Numbered from the stretch's first letter, positions 37,075 through 49,469 are shown. The stretch: 64,000 bases of DNA from Azolla caroliniana (GCA_043228905.1 JBHGNT010000009.1:12152001-12216000); one strand, 5' to 3'. Program-made: numbers and translations. The notes: a model not told the origin generated them from the sequence alone.

Positions 37075-40000
37075 CTTCTACTCCTCTACCGCCTATTCAC
37101 GTCGGGTTCACCAAATATGTCACGTTGTTATGCGCGTACGTGGAGAACAAGGCGGGACCACTAGGGTCTTGGACCGAGGAATAGGTGAGGAAAAGAGAGA
37201 GAGAGAGAGAGAACTCACGTATAGACAAAGAAGCGCACGGGGACACGTCACAACAACACAGGAGACGCGAGTTGAGAACACTAGAGTGTGTATGTAAATA
37301 TAGGCATGTATTTGTATGTATGCAGATGACTCGAACGGTTACAGCCGACCAGGTCGGCGAGGTGGATGCCGACGCCTGATCACCGACGCACACAGGAGAG
37401 CAAGATGGAGATTCTGCCGGAAGCACACGAGCGTTCCACGGAGCAGAATCAGCCTCCTGGGAACCTACGCAAAAGAAAGCTATGGAGAACGATAGAGAAG
37501 AAGAGCTCGGTCCCAGTCCGACAACACTTTCTCCCCCCCCCCCCTCTCGCGCCCTGTCTCCCTCTCTTGTATAGCTCAAGGAGGGAGGCCGTTTCACCCG
37601 TTTACATCACATTAATTCTCTGTCCTTTCGGACAGAGATACTCCTTGATTTCCCTTATAGAATATTGTTACCTAGGATTTAACCTTTGTGCCTACCTATC
37701 TACTATACGACAAGGGACGTGCCCACGTGTAAGGGCCGGTTCACACACACTATACACGGTTTGCGCCTGGGGACGGTTTCCTTCACGACAACGTATCTTT
37801 GTCGTATTTTCGCTACACCGACGATGCTTGCCGATTGAGTAGGTTGTATTCACACTAGTCCATGGTATGTGCTCTTGAGTGGCACAACAAGCATTGTGTC
37901 CACTTGGTGCCATCTCGGGTAGAATGGCCACGGTTAAGGCCCATTTTACACTGAACGGCCTGACGGAACCGGAGGTCCTCCATAGTCTCTCTCTATATTA
38001 ACTTTACCCCTCTTTTATCTTTACCTAATTCTCATCATACCCTTACCTATTTTCAACTCTACCCCTTCCCTAACTTTTCAATATTTTCACTATACCCTCC
38101 CACTTACTTTTCCTTATCTTTAACTCTAGTCCTCACATTTTAACTTTTAACATCCTCCCCTAATTCAGTTTCTCCTATTTTCCAATTCTACCCCTCATGT
38201 TACGGGCATGACCATATAATATCCCGTGGTGAGAATTGTCGTAGTATTCTATACACGTGGATAAGTGTGAGGGTTAAACAAAGAGTCTAAAGAAGGGGAG
38301 GATTACTTTTAATCCTCGGGATTGAGACAACCCATAAGGCCAAGTGTGAACATGGCTGGGGGCCTTGAGAATTACTATAAATAAGAGGCCTAGCTACCCT
38401 CATTTCAGCATGCATGGACTACGTCGAGACTCTGTCCGTGAGTGGAACGACTCTTGTAGCAAGCGCGCTATCATCCAGGTACGACTCGACGCCAAGGCGG
38501 TGGTATGGGACGCCGATCGAGGCTCGAGTCCGTCTCGATCCCTTCGCTCGGGGGTGGTCGGGTGGATCGGCACCCTTCTTTCTCTCTTTTCTCTCTATTC
38601 TTTCTAGATCTATCATTGATATATCCTTATTTTATGCTTACTTTAGTACCTAATCTCTAATATTTGGTATCAGAGCCTATGTACTAACGTTTCTTTTGGT
38701 TTTCTTTTTGTCTTCGCGTGGGGTGGCGATTGATCGTTGTGCGGTCGCCTTCATGCAGACAAGGATTAGCGAAAGAACTTCGGTAAATTTTCCTTAATTT
38801 TTTTTATCTAATTTTTCTTCTCCCTTCTATACATGTGTATACTTAATATGTAGTTTTTTTTTTCATATATTCAATGATGTTGACGTGGTATTTAATTGGT
38901 TATCTTAAACGTTTACATATGTCCACGAGGTCAATACCTCGTTTGACATATAAATCATATGTGATGAGTGTCGTATGCGTACGAGGTTACTACCTCAATT
39001 GCGTATTACGTTCACGAACATATGTTACGTTCGCGTACGAGGTCAATACCTCGATTCGTTCGAAATGATATGCGTTGGATTTACTATGCGTAAGAGGTCA
39101 ATACCTCAATTGCGAATTACGCTTAACCTTATTTTCGGATGTTTCGTGTGCGTAGAGGTATATGCCTCGATTACGTATCCCGAATACATCATTGTTGGCT
39201 ATATAAAAAAAAACGATTCATTTAGTATACGCATATGTGGTCACTTATATACGTCTATGATCGTATATATGTGATATATTGACATATGTGTATATTTTAG
39301 ATTACGTGATTTATATCAAATGTTTTCCTAATTGGGGAGAGGATTTTGGTGGCCGTCCTCACATTTTTGTGAGAATGGCGTTGTCACCATCCCTTTTATC
39401 AACAATTTTTATTGTTGAAATTCCCGTTGGTCACTTTGATCTTTCGTTACGTAACGAACCTCGTATAGCCAAAATGATGTTGAATACGTCGGGCTTGATC
39501 CACATCAAGTAGGGTCGCTCTAATGACACACGTATCCAACATCTCCCCTCGTTACATGGATACGATGCCACCATGAGCTCGTTCTTACGAGTGGCATTCG
39601 TAATGACGTGACCATGTGATGGGCCACATGAGCCTACGAAGACACAAGGGCTCATTCGGCTTGACCATTAGGTTACACTTTGGCATATGCCATCGTAATT
39701 ACGAGGCTTGAGGTTAGGTAGCGTACAACCATAGTGGGTAATAAATGAGGGAGAAATAAGGCCACTTGACCTATATGTTTCTTTTAAACAAAAACATATA
39801 GGGGCAAATGCCTCGCATATCTCGAATACGCCTCAAACATTAAACATTCAAGACGCGCAATCTACTTGGTTGGCTCAAGTGTTTAATGTATTTGTCCTCG
39901 AGGTCTCGAGTTCAAATATGACCAACACCATACAACATCGTTGATACATATGACTATAATACATGTTTAGACTTTAGGTCTAAGTGCACTTCGGGGTCCT

Positions 40001-40365
40001 CGTAATAGGACTTAAAGAGCCGAAACCACATATGTGGGCACAGAAACATAGTTATTGTTAACATTTTTTTCGTGTATAAACTATTCATGACGCGAACATA
40101 CATGGTTGAGCCTCGGGGAGCCGCCATGAAAAAAATCGATATAGAGATCAGGGAAAGGCATTCATTTGTCACCCCCATGGTTTTTAAAACACCTCTGTGT
40201 TACCATAGTAACCTGATCTTGAACCTCATCTCATACGTCTAGAGGGGTATTGACGTGAGATCATGATATCGATTAATGTTTGCCCATGATATGTTTACAC
40301 CACGACAAGATGTTATGACTATTTGTCTGACCTTATCTTATTTCTTTGCCAGAAATAATCATTCA

Positions 40366-42814
40366 ATGGCTCAGAATAACGACCCGATGCCCTCCGCTCA
40401 AGCGGAAAGACCTCAAGGAAATCCTCCTGGGACAATGTCCATTGAGGCGTATATTTTACAAGTACAACATTTCCTTAGTTCAACCGCGCAGCAGTTGACC
40501 GAATTTCGGCAATCTCAAAGTGCTCTCGAGGCACGAGTCATTAGTCTCCAAAATGAGATTAATAGACTTGATGAGCGTCAGGGTGAACCATCATTTGTCG
40601 TAAAGCCATTTACGGGAGATAAAAAGGAAAGAACCGAAGAAGCAATCTGCACGTGGCTGGGCCGATGGGAGTCTCATTTTGAGCTCTATCCCACGCCAGA
40701 TAGTACGAAGATTGCATATGTCGGCCGAGAACTAGGGGGTAAGGTCGCCGCTTGGTGGCGTGGGCTCCGAACTTTGGGGAGATTGCCCGAGACCTGGACA
40801 GACTTTGTCACAGTTTTCAAGGGTCAATTTCTACAACCTCCCTCTCGAACCGAGGCAGCACAAGCTTTAATGAACCTCTCTAGCAGGAAGTTTACCTCGC
40901 TAGAAGACTATGTCCACCATGCTAGAACCCAAATCCAAAAATCAAGTCTAGAAGGGGACAATTGGTTAATAGCTTGTTTTGTCAATGGCATCCCCAATTC
41001 GGACTATCACTGGATAGTGCACGATAAGGATCCAAAATCCTTCAAAGAGGCCGTTGAGATAGTTCTTCGCTATCAACGCACTTAGAAGAAGGACCATAAC
41101 AAACCCAACGAAGCGCCCGGGACTAAGCAGTCGCAATTCGCTGGGAAACGCAAGACACCCAACGAATTCATGGATCGCGATTATAAGCGACAACATCCTT
41201 TTTGCGTATTCTGCAAAAAGAAGGGTCATACAAAAGAGCAATGTCGTAAGCTCCAACGAAAAGAGCACGACGCCAAACCTAAAGCTACAGACCATAAAGG
41301 TCAGATTCCTAATGTCCTTCAGGTCTATACACATCATTTGAGTAATTGTCAATGTTCTTTCCCTCATTATGTATTGGGTCCCAATGATTTACTACGTGCA
41401 AACGGGTATATCAATGGATCTCCCGTACAATTTTTATTTGATTCGGGAAGCTCACACAATTTTGTTAATGATCGTTTGGTACAGATATGGGGAATCCAAC
41501 CCACCGTAAGTGATCACACCTACACGGTGCACTTGGCTGATGGAAGAGTACAACACATCAACGGGGCGATTCATTCTTTAGGAATTTCTATTGATACCTA
41601 TATAGAGGAAGTAGACTTCCATGTAATGAATCTTAGTACCACCGATATAATACTGGGTTATCCCTGGTTTTATAATAAAAGCTCTTCTTTATTTATTGAT
41701 TGGGTTCGCCATTCCATTTCTTTTGTACTCAACGATTGTACGCATTTTATTCAATGTGTAAAAAAACAATCCCTCTCGATTGTTTCCTCGTGTCCATCAA
41801 TATCCGAGTTGTCTTGTTCTACGTTATTTTATTGTGTACTTGATCCGGACATTCACGTTTACAATATCGATAATGTCTCGGGTCAATTAACATATTTTGA
41901 ACAAAAACAACTTGATGAAATCGTAAACGATTTTCGTGATGTTTTTCCGAGTGAACTACCCGATGGTTTACCTCCTAAACGTAATATAGACCATCGTATA
42001 GATATTGTACCTGGTGTTGCACCCATTAGTATACCTCCGTATCGCCTAAGTCGATCTGAAGAGGATGAGGTAGCTAAGCAACTTAAGGACTATTTACGAA
42101 TGGATTATATACGTTATAGTAAATCTCCATGGGGTGCACCAGTTCTCTTGGTTAAAAAGAAAGAGGGCACATGGCGTATGTGTATTAATTACCGACGCTT
42201 GAATAAAGTGACGATCAAGAATTCGTACCCATTGCCCCGGGCTGACGATCTAATTGACCGTCTCCAGGGAGCTCGGTATTTTACGAAACTTGATCTCCGT
42301 ACTGGCTACCATCAAATACGAATAAGTGAGGACGATGTTCCTAAAACAGCATTTCGTACGCGCTACGGCCATTATGAGTTTTTGGTTATGCCTTTTGGTT
42401 TGACCAATGCTCCGGCTACATTTCAACAAGAAATGAATGACATTTTCCGAGAACAACTTGGAAAATTTGTCGTTATCTTCTTAGATGATATTTTAGTTTA
42501 TAGCCGTACATTACAAGAACATGCTAGACATGTCCGCTTTGTTTTACAAATATTGCGTGACAAACAATTTTACGCGAAGATCTCAAAATGTGAGTTCTTC
42601 AAGAAATCAATTACTTATCTTGGACATCTCATAACCGAACGAGGAGTTGAAATTGATCCTTCTCGCATCGAGAAAATCAAGCTTTGGCCCACTCTTCGGA
42701 ATATTCGAGAAGTTCGATCATTCCTTGGTTTTGTCGGATTTTTGCGAAAATCTCTTCGTAATTACTCACAATTGACGACGCCGTTTACTGATCTTCTAAA
42801 AGGTCAAAACGCAT
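40366..42814 (+). pseudogene. gag-pol: Gag-PR-RT part of a single-frame polyprotein, one in-frame TAG at 41083, cut by insertion
   Basis: ELGGKVAAWW; [14 protein letters not shown]; [10 protein letters not shown]; [11 protein letters not shown]; FLDDIL. ORFs 40276 and 41170 share one frame. Confidence 0.93.
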
Positions 42815-45800
42815 TGTCGTGCCTTTCGGCTCCGGATCGTTGCGTGAGTCGGGTGGGAACCGCTGGGGTTTTGGACTAGGAAGAGGAGAGTTTTAAGGCT
42901 AATAAGAATATAAATATGTTGTAAGAAAGAGTTATAGCAAACTCGTGAATCCCACGAGTGTATTGTATTAGATTAATCAATATGAATATAAGAATATAAA
43001 CTTCGGTTGAAAGAGAATGATGTAGAATTCTCGTGAATCCCACGAGTATAGTTTATTAATTGGTGTTTTTTAGAAACATATCTAGTTTCCAAATATTTTT
43101 CACACACAATTACATTGTGCTCCCCATCCTTATGTAGTGATGAGGAAGTCTTAGTAATCCATGCTTTTTCTCTAACTATAGACCCCATGCTTTTCCTATA
43201 GATAGACTATATGCTTTATCTAAAGTGATCATGCTTTTTTCTAACTTGTGCGTTTTTTATCATGCACGCTAGATGTGTATGTGTAGCTTTTTCTTTTGTT
43301 ATGCGTTTTTCTAATGTTTATCCTAGCGTGAATTTACCTTTCTATGTGGGACATCTATGCTTTAACACTAATGAAATGCTAGTGTAATGGTAAGACATTA
43401 CATTATTAACATGGAGGTGCAAGGTTTGAATCTTGCCCTATGCATGTTCCATTTATTTTGCTATTTTCTTCTATTTCTTCATTTTTTATTGAATCTAATA
43501 CTATATACGTTTTTCACGTAGTGTACAAAATACACTACGACACTCACCCCCTCCAAACCCGCACATCCTCCGGTATGTGCCGAAGTTGTTGGTGTTTGTT
43601 AGTCTCCTCCGTCCGGTCTCTACCCGATTGGTTTCGTTGCCGGCTCGTAGTACCCTCGACTTCTCTTGTTATGTTGACTTTGTCTCTCCATTTGGAGCAC
43701 ATCCATTCTTTCCACCCGAACCATTGTCAACATCCGATCCACCATAGTCTTCGTTCGCTTTTTGCATGGCCCGCTTGGTCCTTGTCATCCACGGTAGTAT
43801 CTTTTCTTGCCCTCTTTCTTTTCTTCATCAATCTCGACTTCTTTTCGGATTTTCGGTTTAGTCGGATTAGCTTACTTCCGATTCGGTCTCGTCGGATCGT
43901 CTTTCGTTTAGTTCGGCTTCCTTTCCGATTTGTATTCGGTCGATCCGGACTCGGTTGATCGGTTTTTACCGATTCAGTGCTCTTTCGGGTCGGTTTCTTT
44001 TCTTTTCTTTTCGTCCGGATTTGCTTTCTTTTCTTCGTTTTCACCTGCCTTGTCCGGTTCGACTTTCGGCACTTCTTTCCATTGTTCGCTACGTAGGTCC
44101 TCCGATATGTGCTCGTTGTTCGGTCCTCGTGTGGTTGTAATGCATGCTTCTTTTCTCGCCGTAGCGCGTGCTTCTTTATTCGCCATAACACGCGTTTCTT
44201 TATTCGCCGTAGAGCGTGCTCTGTATTACGCGCTTCTCCCGTCGTAGACCCGACCTCCGCATTGTCGCACTTTCTTTTAGATTGGAATTTCGGATGGATC
44301 ATTTTCCATCCGAACCGACTTCCGACTTTACCTTCCTCGCCGCCATCTCCCGTCTCTCCGGTCTCACGTTGGTTCTCGGACACAACTGCCGAAGTCTCTA
44401 GATATTGTTGGCATGAATCCTCGGTATTACCTTCTTTCGTAGTTTCACCCTTAGCATTCTTCTCGGCTATCTCTTCATCGTATTCGTCGGCTTCGACATT
44501 CGTTTTCTCTCCGCCACCTTCCGTCTCTTCGGTCTCACGTTGCCTTTCGATCGCAACCGCCGGAGTCTCTGGAATCAGTGGTGGGGAAGTCTCGATATGG
44601 CAATCCGCCATTGATTCGTCCATAGCCACCTCCGATTCGATTTCGTCTTTTGTGGCTACCTCCTTAATCACATCCACTTCACACTCTTTATCTGCATCAA
44701 TTATGCAAACATCTATTATACTTACCCCTTTTTGACCCGATGTCTCGGGCACTTGTATCCCGAAATTTCCTTCTACACTTGAATTATCGGCCTTATCCTT
44801 CGCCATCGTTCTTTCACAAGACGAGTGGGTGTCTTGTTCCACTCTTTCTCCCGTGGTACCATCATGTTGTATTTCGGCCTTCATATTGGCTTCATCGTTT
44901 TTCCTCAATCGACCATCCTTCATGGGCCATGTCGTTGTTGACGAGATTCTCAGCTTCCTTTCATCATGTCTTCGGCATACCCTTTCGACTTTGGCCCAAT
45001 CCTCGGTAAGGCCGTTCGCACCGTCATCATCTTCGAGTTCGATCCCAATGTCCATCCTTTCTTTCCGATCGATCTATCTTACGAACATTAAGACTTTATC
45101 TTCTCCCACCAATCTTCGTTCCCGCTCCGAGAGTCGAGCAAAACGATGCTCGAACTCTAGGAACGCTTGCGTTGCACTTCGGTGAATCTTCTCCGACGCC
45201 ACCCATTCGTCGAATTCTCGTCGATCTCGTCCCGTCCATCTCTCATAGTCATATGCCTCCCGTAAAGCTTCTTCAAAGGACTCCCATGTCGAGTTTTGTT
45301 GTTGTATCTTGTGGATTCTCTCTTGTAGTTCGTCCGAGGCCACCCGACTAAAGGATCACTTGCAATCCTTCCGGTATCCGATATTGCATCATCTCCGCCT
45401 TATATTCACGTAGGTAGCGTGACACACCCTTACCGTTGAATTGTCCGTTTCGTTGTACGAGCCGCTTTACTACCGCCGTGATCTCCGACATCGCTCGTTG
45501 TTCTTGTAGCATCCGTTCGAACATCATCATCATCATGTTCATCGCCTCTTGTTTATTCTCCATCCCCTTGCCACCCGTCTTCACGTCGGGTTCACCAACT
45601 GTGTCGTGCCTTTCGGCTCCGGATCGTTGCGTGAGTCGGGTGGGAACCGCTGGGGTTTTGGACTAGGAAGAGGAGAGTTTTAAGGCTAATAAGAATATAA
45701 ATATGTTGTAAGAAAGAGTTATAGCAAACTCGTGAATCCCACGAGTGTATTGTATTAGATTAATCAATATGAATATAAGAATATAAACTTCGGTTGAAAG

Positions 45801-46329
45801 AGAATGATGTAGAATTCTCGTGAATCCCACGAGTATAGTTTATTAATTGGTGTTTTTTAGAAACATATCTAGTTTCCAAATATTTTTCACACACAATTAC
45901 ATTGTGCTCCCCATCCTTATGTAGTGATGAGGAAGTCTTAGTAATCCATGCTTTTTCTCTAACTATAGACCCCATGCTTTTCCTATAGATAGACTATATG
46001 CTTTATCTAAAGTGATCATGCTTTTTTCTAACTTGTGCGTTTTTTATCATGCACGCTAGATGTGTATGTGTAGCTTTTTCTTTTGTTATGCGTTTTTCTA
46101 ATGTTTATCCTAGCGTGAATTTACCTTTCTATGTGGGACATCTATGCTTTAACACTAATGAAATGCTAGTGTAATGGTAAGACATTACATTATTAACATG
46201 GAGGTGCAAGGTTTGAATCTTGCCCTATGCATGTTCCATTTATTTTGCTATTTTCTTCTATTTCTTCATTTTTTATTGAATCTAATACTATATACGTTTT
46301 TCACGTAGTGTACAAAATACACTACGACA
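42815..46329 (-). mobile_element. Very recent tRNA-Trp-primed non-autonomous gag-only LTR element
   Basis: 728-bp LTRs 42815-43542 and 45602-46329 with no differences spotted. PBS at 45581-45597, PPT next to 43543. The ~2-kb interior has gag remnants plus a low-complexity ORF and no pol. Confidence 0.95.
43727..45584 (-). pseudogene. gag: Gag remnant extended by an acidic then basic low-complexity tail
   Basis: GQFNGKGVSRYLREYKAEM / frameshift / VLMFVR*IDRKERMDIGIELEDDDGANGLTEDW, then a 442-aa E/K/R-rich ORF resembling 18176-19483. Confidence 0.8.
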
Positions 46330-46330
46330 A

Positions 46331-48319
46331 CGTAAGTCTACAAAACCTATTGTGTGGAATGCTACACTAGACCTCGCCTTTAAGGAACTCAAGGACTTGG
46401 TATGCAAGGCTCCTTCACTTCTTTTACCCGATCCTTCAAAACCTTTTGAGGTTGAAACCGACGCAAGCGATTATGCTATAGGTGCTGTCTTGTATCAAGA
46501 TGGTAAACCAATAGCATTCGAGAGTAAGAAACTTGATTCTGCTCAATGTCGGTATACCGTTCAAGAAAAGGAATTATTTGCGGTTATACATGCGCTCAAA
46601 ACATGGCGCCATTATCTTTATGGAAATCGCTTTGTGGTAACTACGGACCACGAGTCCTTGAAATATTTTTGTGACCAACAAGACCTGAAAGGTCGTAAGG
46701 CACGATGGGCTGATCTCATCCAGGACTTTGATTTTTCCATACGATATCGTAAAGGTTCCATGAATACTGTCGCTGATGCACTAAGTCGCATCCGTGAAGT
46801 TAACATGCTTAGCTTCACTGAAATAACATCAGATCTTTATGATCACCTTCGAGGAAAGTATCCTGATGAAAATTATTTTGCAAAATACTGGGCAAGAGTC
46901 GAGTCTGGAACAGACACCACCACACCCTCGAAGGAATACTTCCACATTGCTAACGGTCTGCTCTACCGTAATGGGAAGGTTTGTGTTCCAGATTTGCCTG
47001 AGGTCAAAAAGAGAATTCTTTTTGAATGCCATGATGCACCCTCAGTAGGGCACCCTGGAATACATCGTACACTCGTTCTCATCTCCACTCAATTTTATTG
47101 GCCTAAGATGCGTCCTGACATACATAGCTATGTGACTAAATGTCACCAATGTCAGGTTAACAAAGCCGAGCGACTTAAAGCCGCAGGACTTTTACATCCC
47201 TTGGACATTCCCAATAATAAGTGGGAAAGTATATCCATGGATTTTATTGTTAGCCTTCCTCGCACCCAAAAAGGTCATGATGCCATATGGGTTGTGGTTG
47301 ACAGACTAACTAAAATGGCCAGATTTATTGCTACTAAAACCACGGTAACAGCTCCTGAATTGGCTTACCAATTCGTTGATGAGTTATTTCGTTTTTACGG
47401 GTTACCGATGGATATCGTGAGTGACCGAGATCCAAAGTTTACTAGTGACTTCTGGACGCAAGTCTTTAAGAAGTTAGAAACTACGTTGAGCATGAGCTCC
47501 ACGGATCATCCTCAATCCGATGGACAGACAGAACGAGTAAATCAAATTATTGAGGACATGCTTCGAGCATACGTTGGTGCAAAACCAACAAAATGGGAAC
47601 GTTATCTCCCAATTTTGGAGTTTGCTTATAACAGCTCCAAGCATACGTCGACGGGATATAGTCCTTTTATGTTGATGTATGGATTTCAGCCACGAGCCCC
47701 GATTGATGTTAATATACATCATGATGAGTTGCGAAGTACGCAAAACTTTCTTCGGGATATGCAAGATATGTTGCATATTGCACGGGATAATATAAAAACA
47801 GCTCAAGATAGAGCGCGTTTTTATGCCGATCATCATAGGCAACCTCGTGTATTCAGCCCTGGACAGAAGGTATTTTTACGTGTACCTCACAATTCTAAGA
47901 CATTGTCTACGGGTAAGTGCGCTAAGTTAGCCCCACGGTTTTGTGGACCTTTTACAGTCCTCAAACGCATTGGATCATCAGCCTATCGTCTCGCTCTTCC
48001 CGATGGTGTTGGAATCCATCCAGTCTTTCATGTAAGTCGTCTAAAAGAACTTCTAGGTTCTGGCGACAATACAGTTACAACTGAAACTCTGGTTACTTCT
48101 GAAGATTTATCTTCTAAACCACATGTACCAGAAAGAATTCTCGATGTTAAAACAAAAAAATTACGTGCTAAGGAAATCCGAGAATTTAAAATAAAATGGA
48201 TGGATAAATCAATCAAAGATGCCACATGGGAACGCGAAACGACTCTAAGAACTAACTTCCCTAACTTTCCATTGCAAGAGTGCAATGTTTTAAAGAGGGG
48301 GAGTATGTTACGGGCATGA
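46331..48319 (+). CDS. pol: RNase H - integrase - chromodomain (distal half of chromovirus pol, open frame)
   Basis: ETDASDYAIG; HDAPSVGHPG...CHQCQ; ISMDF, VSDRD, DGQTERVN; FCGPF; VPERILD...KIKWMDKSIKDATWE. Confidence 0.95.
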   Translation, partial: RKSTKPIVWNATLDLAFKELKDLVCKAPSLLLPDPSKPFEVETDASDYAIGAVLYQDGKPIAFESKKLDSAQCRYTVQEKELFAVIHALKTWRHYLYGNRFVVTTDHESLKYFCDQQDLKGRKARWADLIQDFDFSIRYRKGSMNTVADALSRIREVNMLSFTEITSDLYDHLRGKYPDENYFAKYWARVESGTDTTTPSKEYFHIANGLLYRNGKVCVPDLPEVKKRILFECHDAPSVGHPGIHRTLVLISTQFYWPKMRPDIHSYVTKCHQCQVNKAERLKAAGLLHPLDIPNNKWESISMDFIVSLPRTQKGHDAIWVVVDRLTKMARFIATKTTVTAPELAYQFVDELFRFYGLPMDIVSDRDPKFTSDFWTQVFKKLETTLSMSSTDHPQSDGQTERVNQIIEDMLRAYVGAKPTKWERYLPILEFAYNSSKHTSTGYSPFMLMYGFQPRAPIDVNIHHDELRSTQNFLRDMQDMLHIARDNIKTAQDRARFYADHHRQPRVFSPGQKVFLRVPHNSKTLSTGKCAKLAPRFCGPFTVLKRIGSSAYRLALPDGVGIHPVFHVSRLKELLGSGDNTVTTETLVTSEDLSSKPHVPERILDVKTKKLRAKEIREFKIKWMDKSIKDATWERETTLRTNFPNFPLQECNVLKRGSMLRA

Positions 48320-49436
48320 CCATATAATATCCCGTGGTGAGAATTGTCGTAGTATTCTATACACGTGGATAAGTGTGAGGGTTAAACAAAGAGTCTAAAG
48401 AAGGGGAGGATTACTTTTAATCCTCGGGATTGAGACAACCCATGAGGCCAAGTGTGAACATGGCTGGGGGCCTTGAGAATTACTATAAATAAGAGGCCTA
48501 ACTACCCTCATTTCAGCATGCATGGACTACGTCGAGACTCTGTCCGTGAGTGGAACGACTCTTGTAGCAAGCGCGCTATCATCCAGGTACGACTCGACGC
48601 CAAGGCGGTGGTATGGGACGCCGATCGAGGCTCGAGTCCGTCTCGATCCCTTCGCTCGGGGGTGGTCGGGTGGATCGGCACCCTTCTTTCTCTCTTTTCT
48701 CTCTATTCTTTCTAGATCTATCATTGATATATCCTTATTTTATGCTTACTTTAGTACCTAATCTCTAATACCTCACCTCTTAATTTTTAGCCTCTTCCCC
48801 TCATTCTCTTTTTTTCTATTTTCTAATCCTACCCCTTCCCTCACCTTTTATTGTTTCCAAATTTTATTTTTTTCTAACCATCACCTCCCCCCTATTTTTT
48901 CCTAATCTAATCTTCTACCCCTCCCTTTACTTTTTCATTGCCACTCTAACTTTACCCCTACCTTTCCCTAACTCACGCCAAGTACATGAAATGATTTGGG
49001 TGCGCTTGAATCGTTCTTGGTGATCATTTCACTTCATTCCCACTTTGTCAATTTACTCTACCCCTATCTTGTTTACTAATTTCAATCTACCCCTTTCCCC
49101 CTTCCTTTTTTCTAGAATTACATTCATACCCCTCTCTCTTTTAGTAATTTTCTTGTACCCCTCCCCCTTTCATTCTTCTTAATCTCACTCTACCCTTTCC
49201 TCCTCCACTTTAATTTCCAATCTACCCTCCAATTCTTCCTACCCCCTCCTTTTTTCAAAGATCTCCATACAATCTAATATACTTCACAATCCCTAACTCC
49301 CACCTCACACACTTCCCTCTCTCTTTCTCTCTCACACTCCCCTACATGTTTTTCAAATAAGCCCATAAAATCTTCTATCCCACACCAAATATATCAAACC
49401 CCATATCTCCTACATCATCAAATTTGAACACACACA

Positions 49437-49469
<33 letters not shown>

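Larger units (their letters stand above)
30699..37790 (-). mobile_element. Full-length tRNA-Trp-primed Ty3/Gypsy element (autonomous type, lightly mutated)
   Basis: LTRs 30699-31397 and 37118-37790, 4-bp TSD ACGT on both sides, PBS TGGTGAACCCGACGTGAA (37096-37113), PPT AGGTGGGGGCGGA next to 31398. Confidence 0.95.
38198..48770 (+). mobile_element. Reina-like chromovirus (Ty3/Gypsy), young, interrupted by a nested LTR element
   Basis: LTRs 38198-38662 and 48306-48770 are nearly identical (two substitutions seen). 5-bp TSD CCTCA, PBS TGGTATCAGAGCC (tRNA-iMet) at 38665, PPT AAGAGGGGGAGTA. Confidence 0.96.

Noticed and set aside
31493-37297. Many overlapping antisense and alternate-frame ORFs (e.g. 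34250-35065)
   Set aside because: These are shadows of GC-rich gag-pol coding sequence with no independent motifs.
38915-39185. CRISPR-like repeat-spacer appearance (also 26820-27560)
   Set aside because: The repeats are short and degenerate, the spacers are partly related to each other, no cas genes are present, and the context is eukaryotic TE DNA.
41083-41085. Programmed stop-codon readthrough between gag and pol
   Set aside because: The TAG falls before the gag zinc knuckle and lacks a CARYYA-type context. A CAG>TAG deamination, common throughout this window, is simpler.
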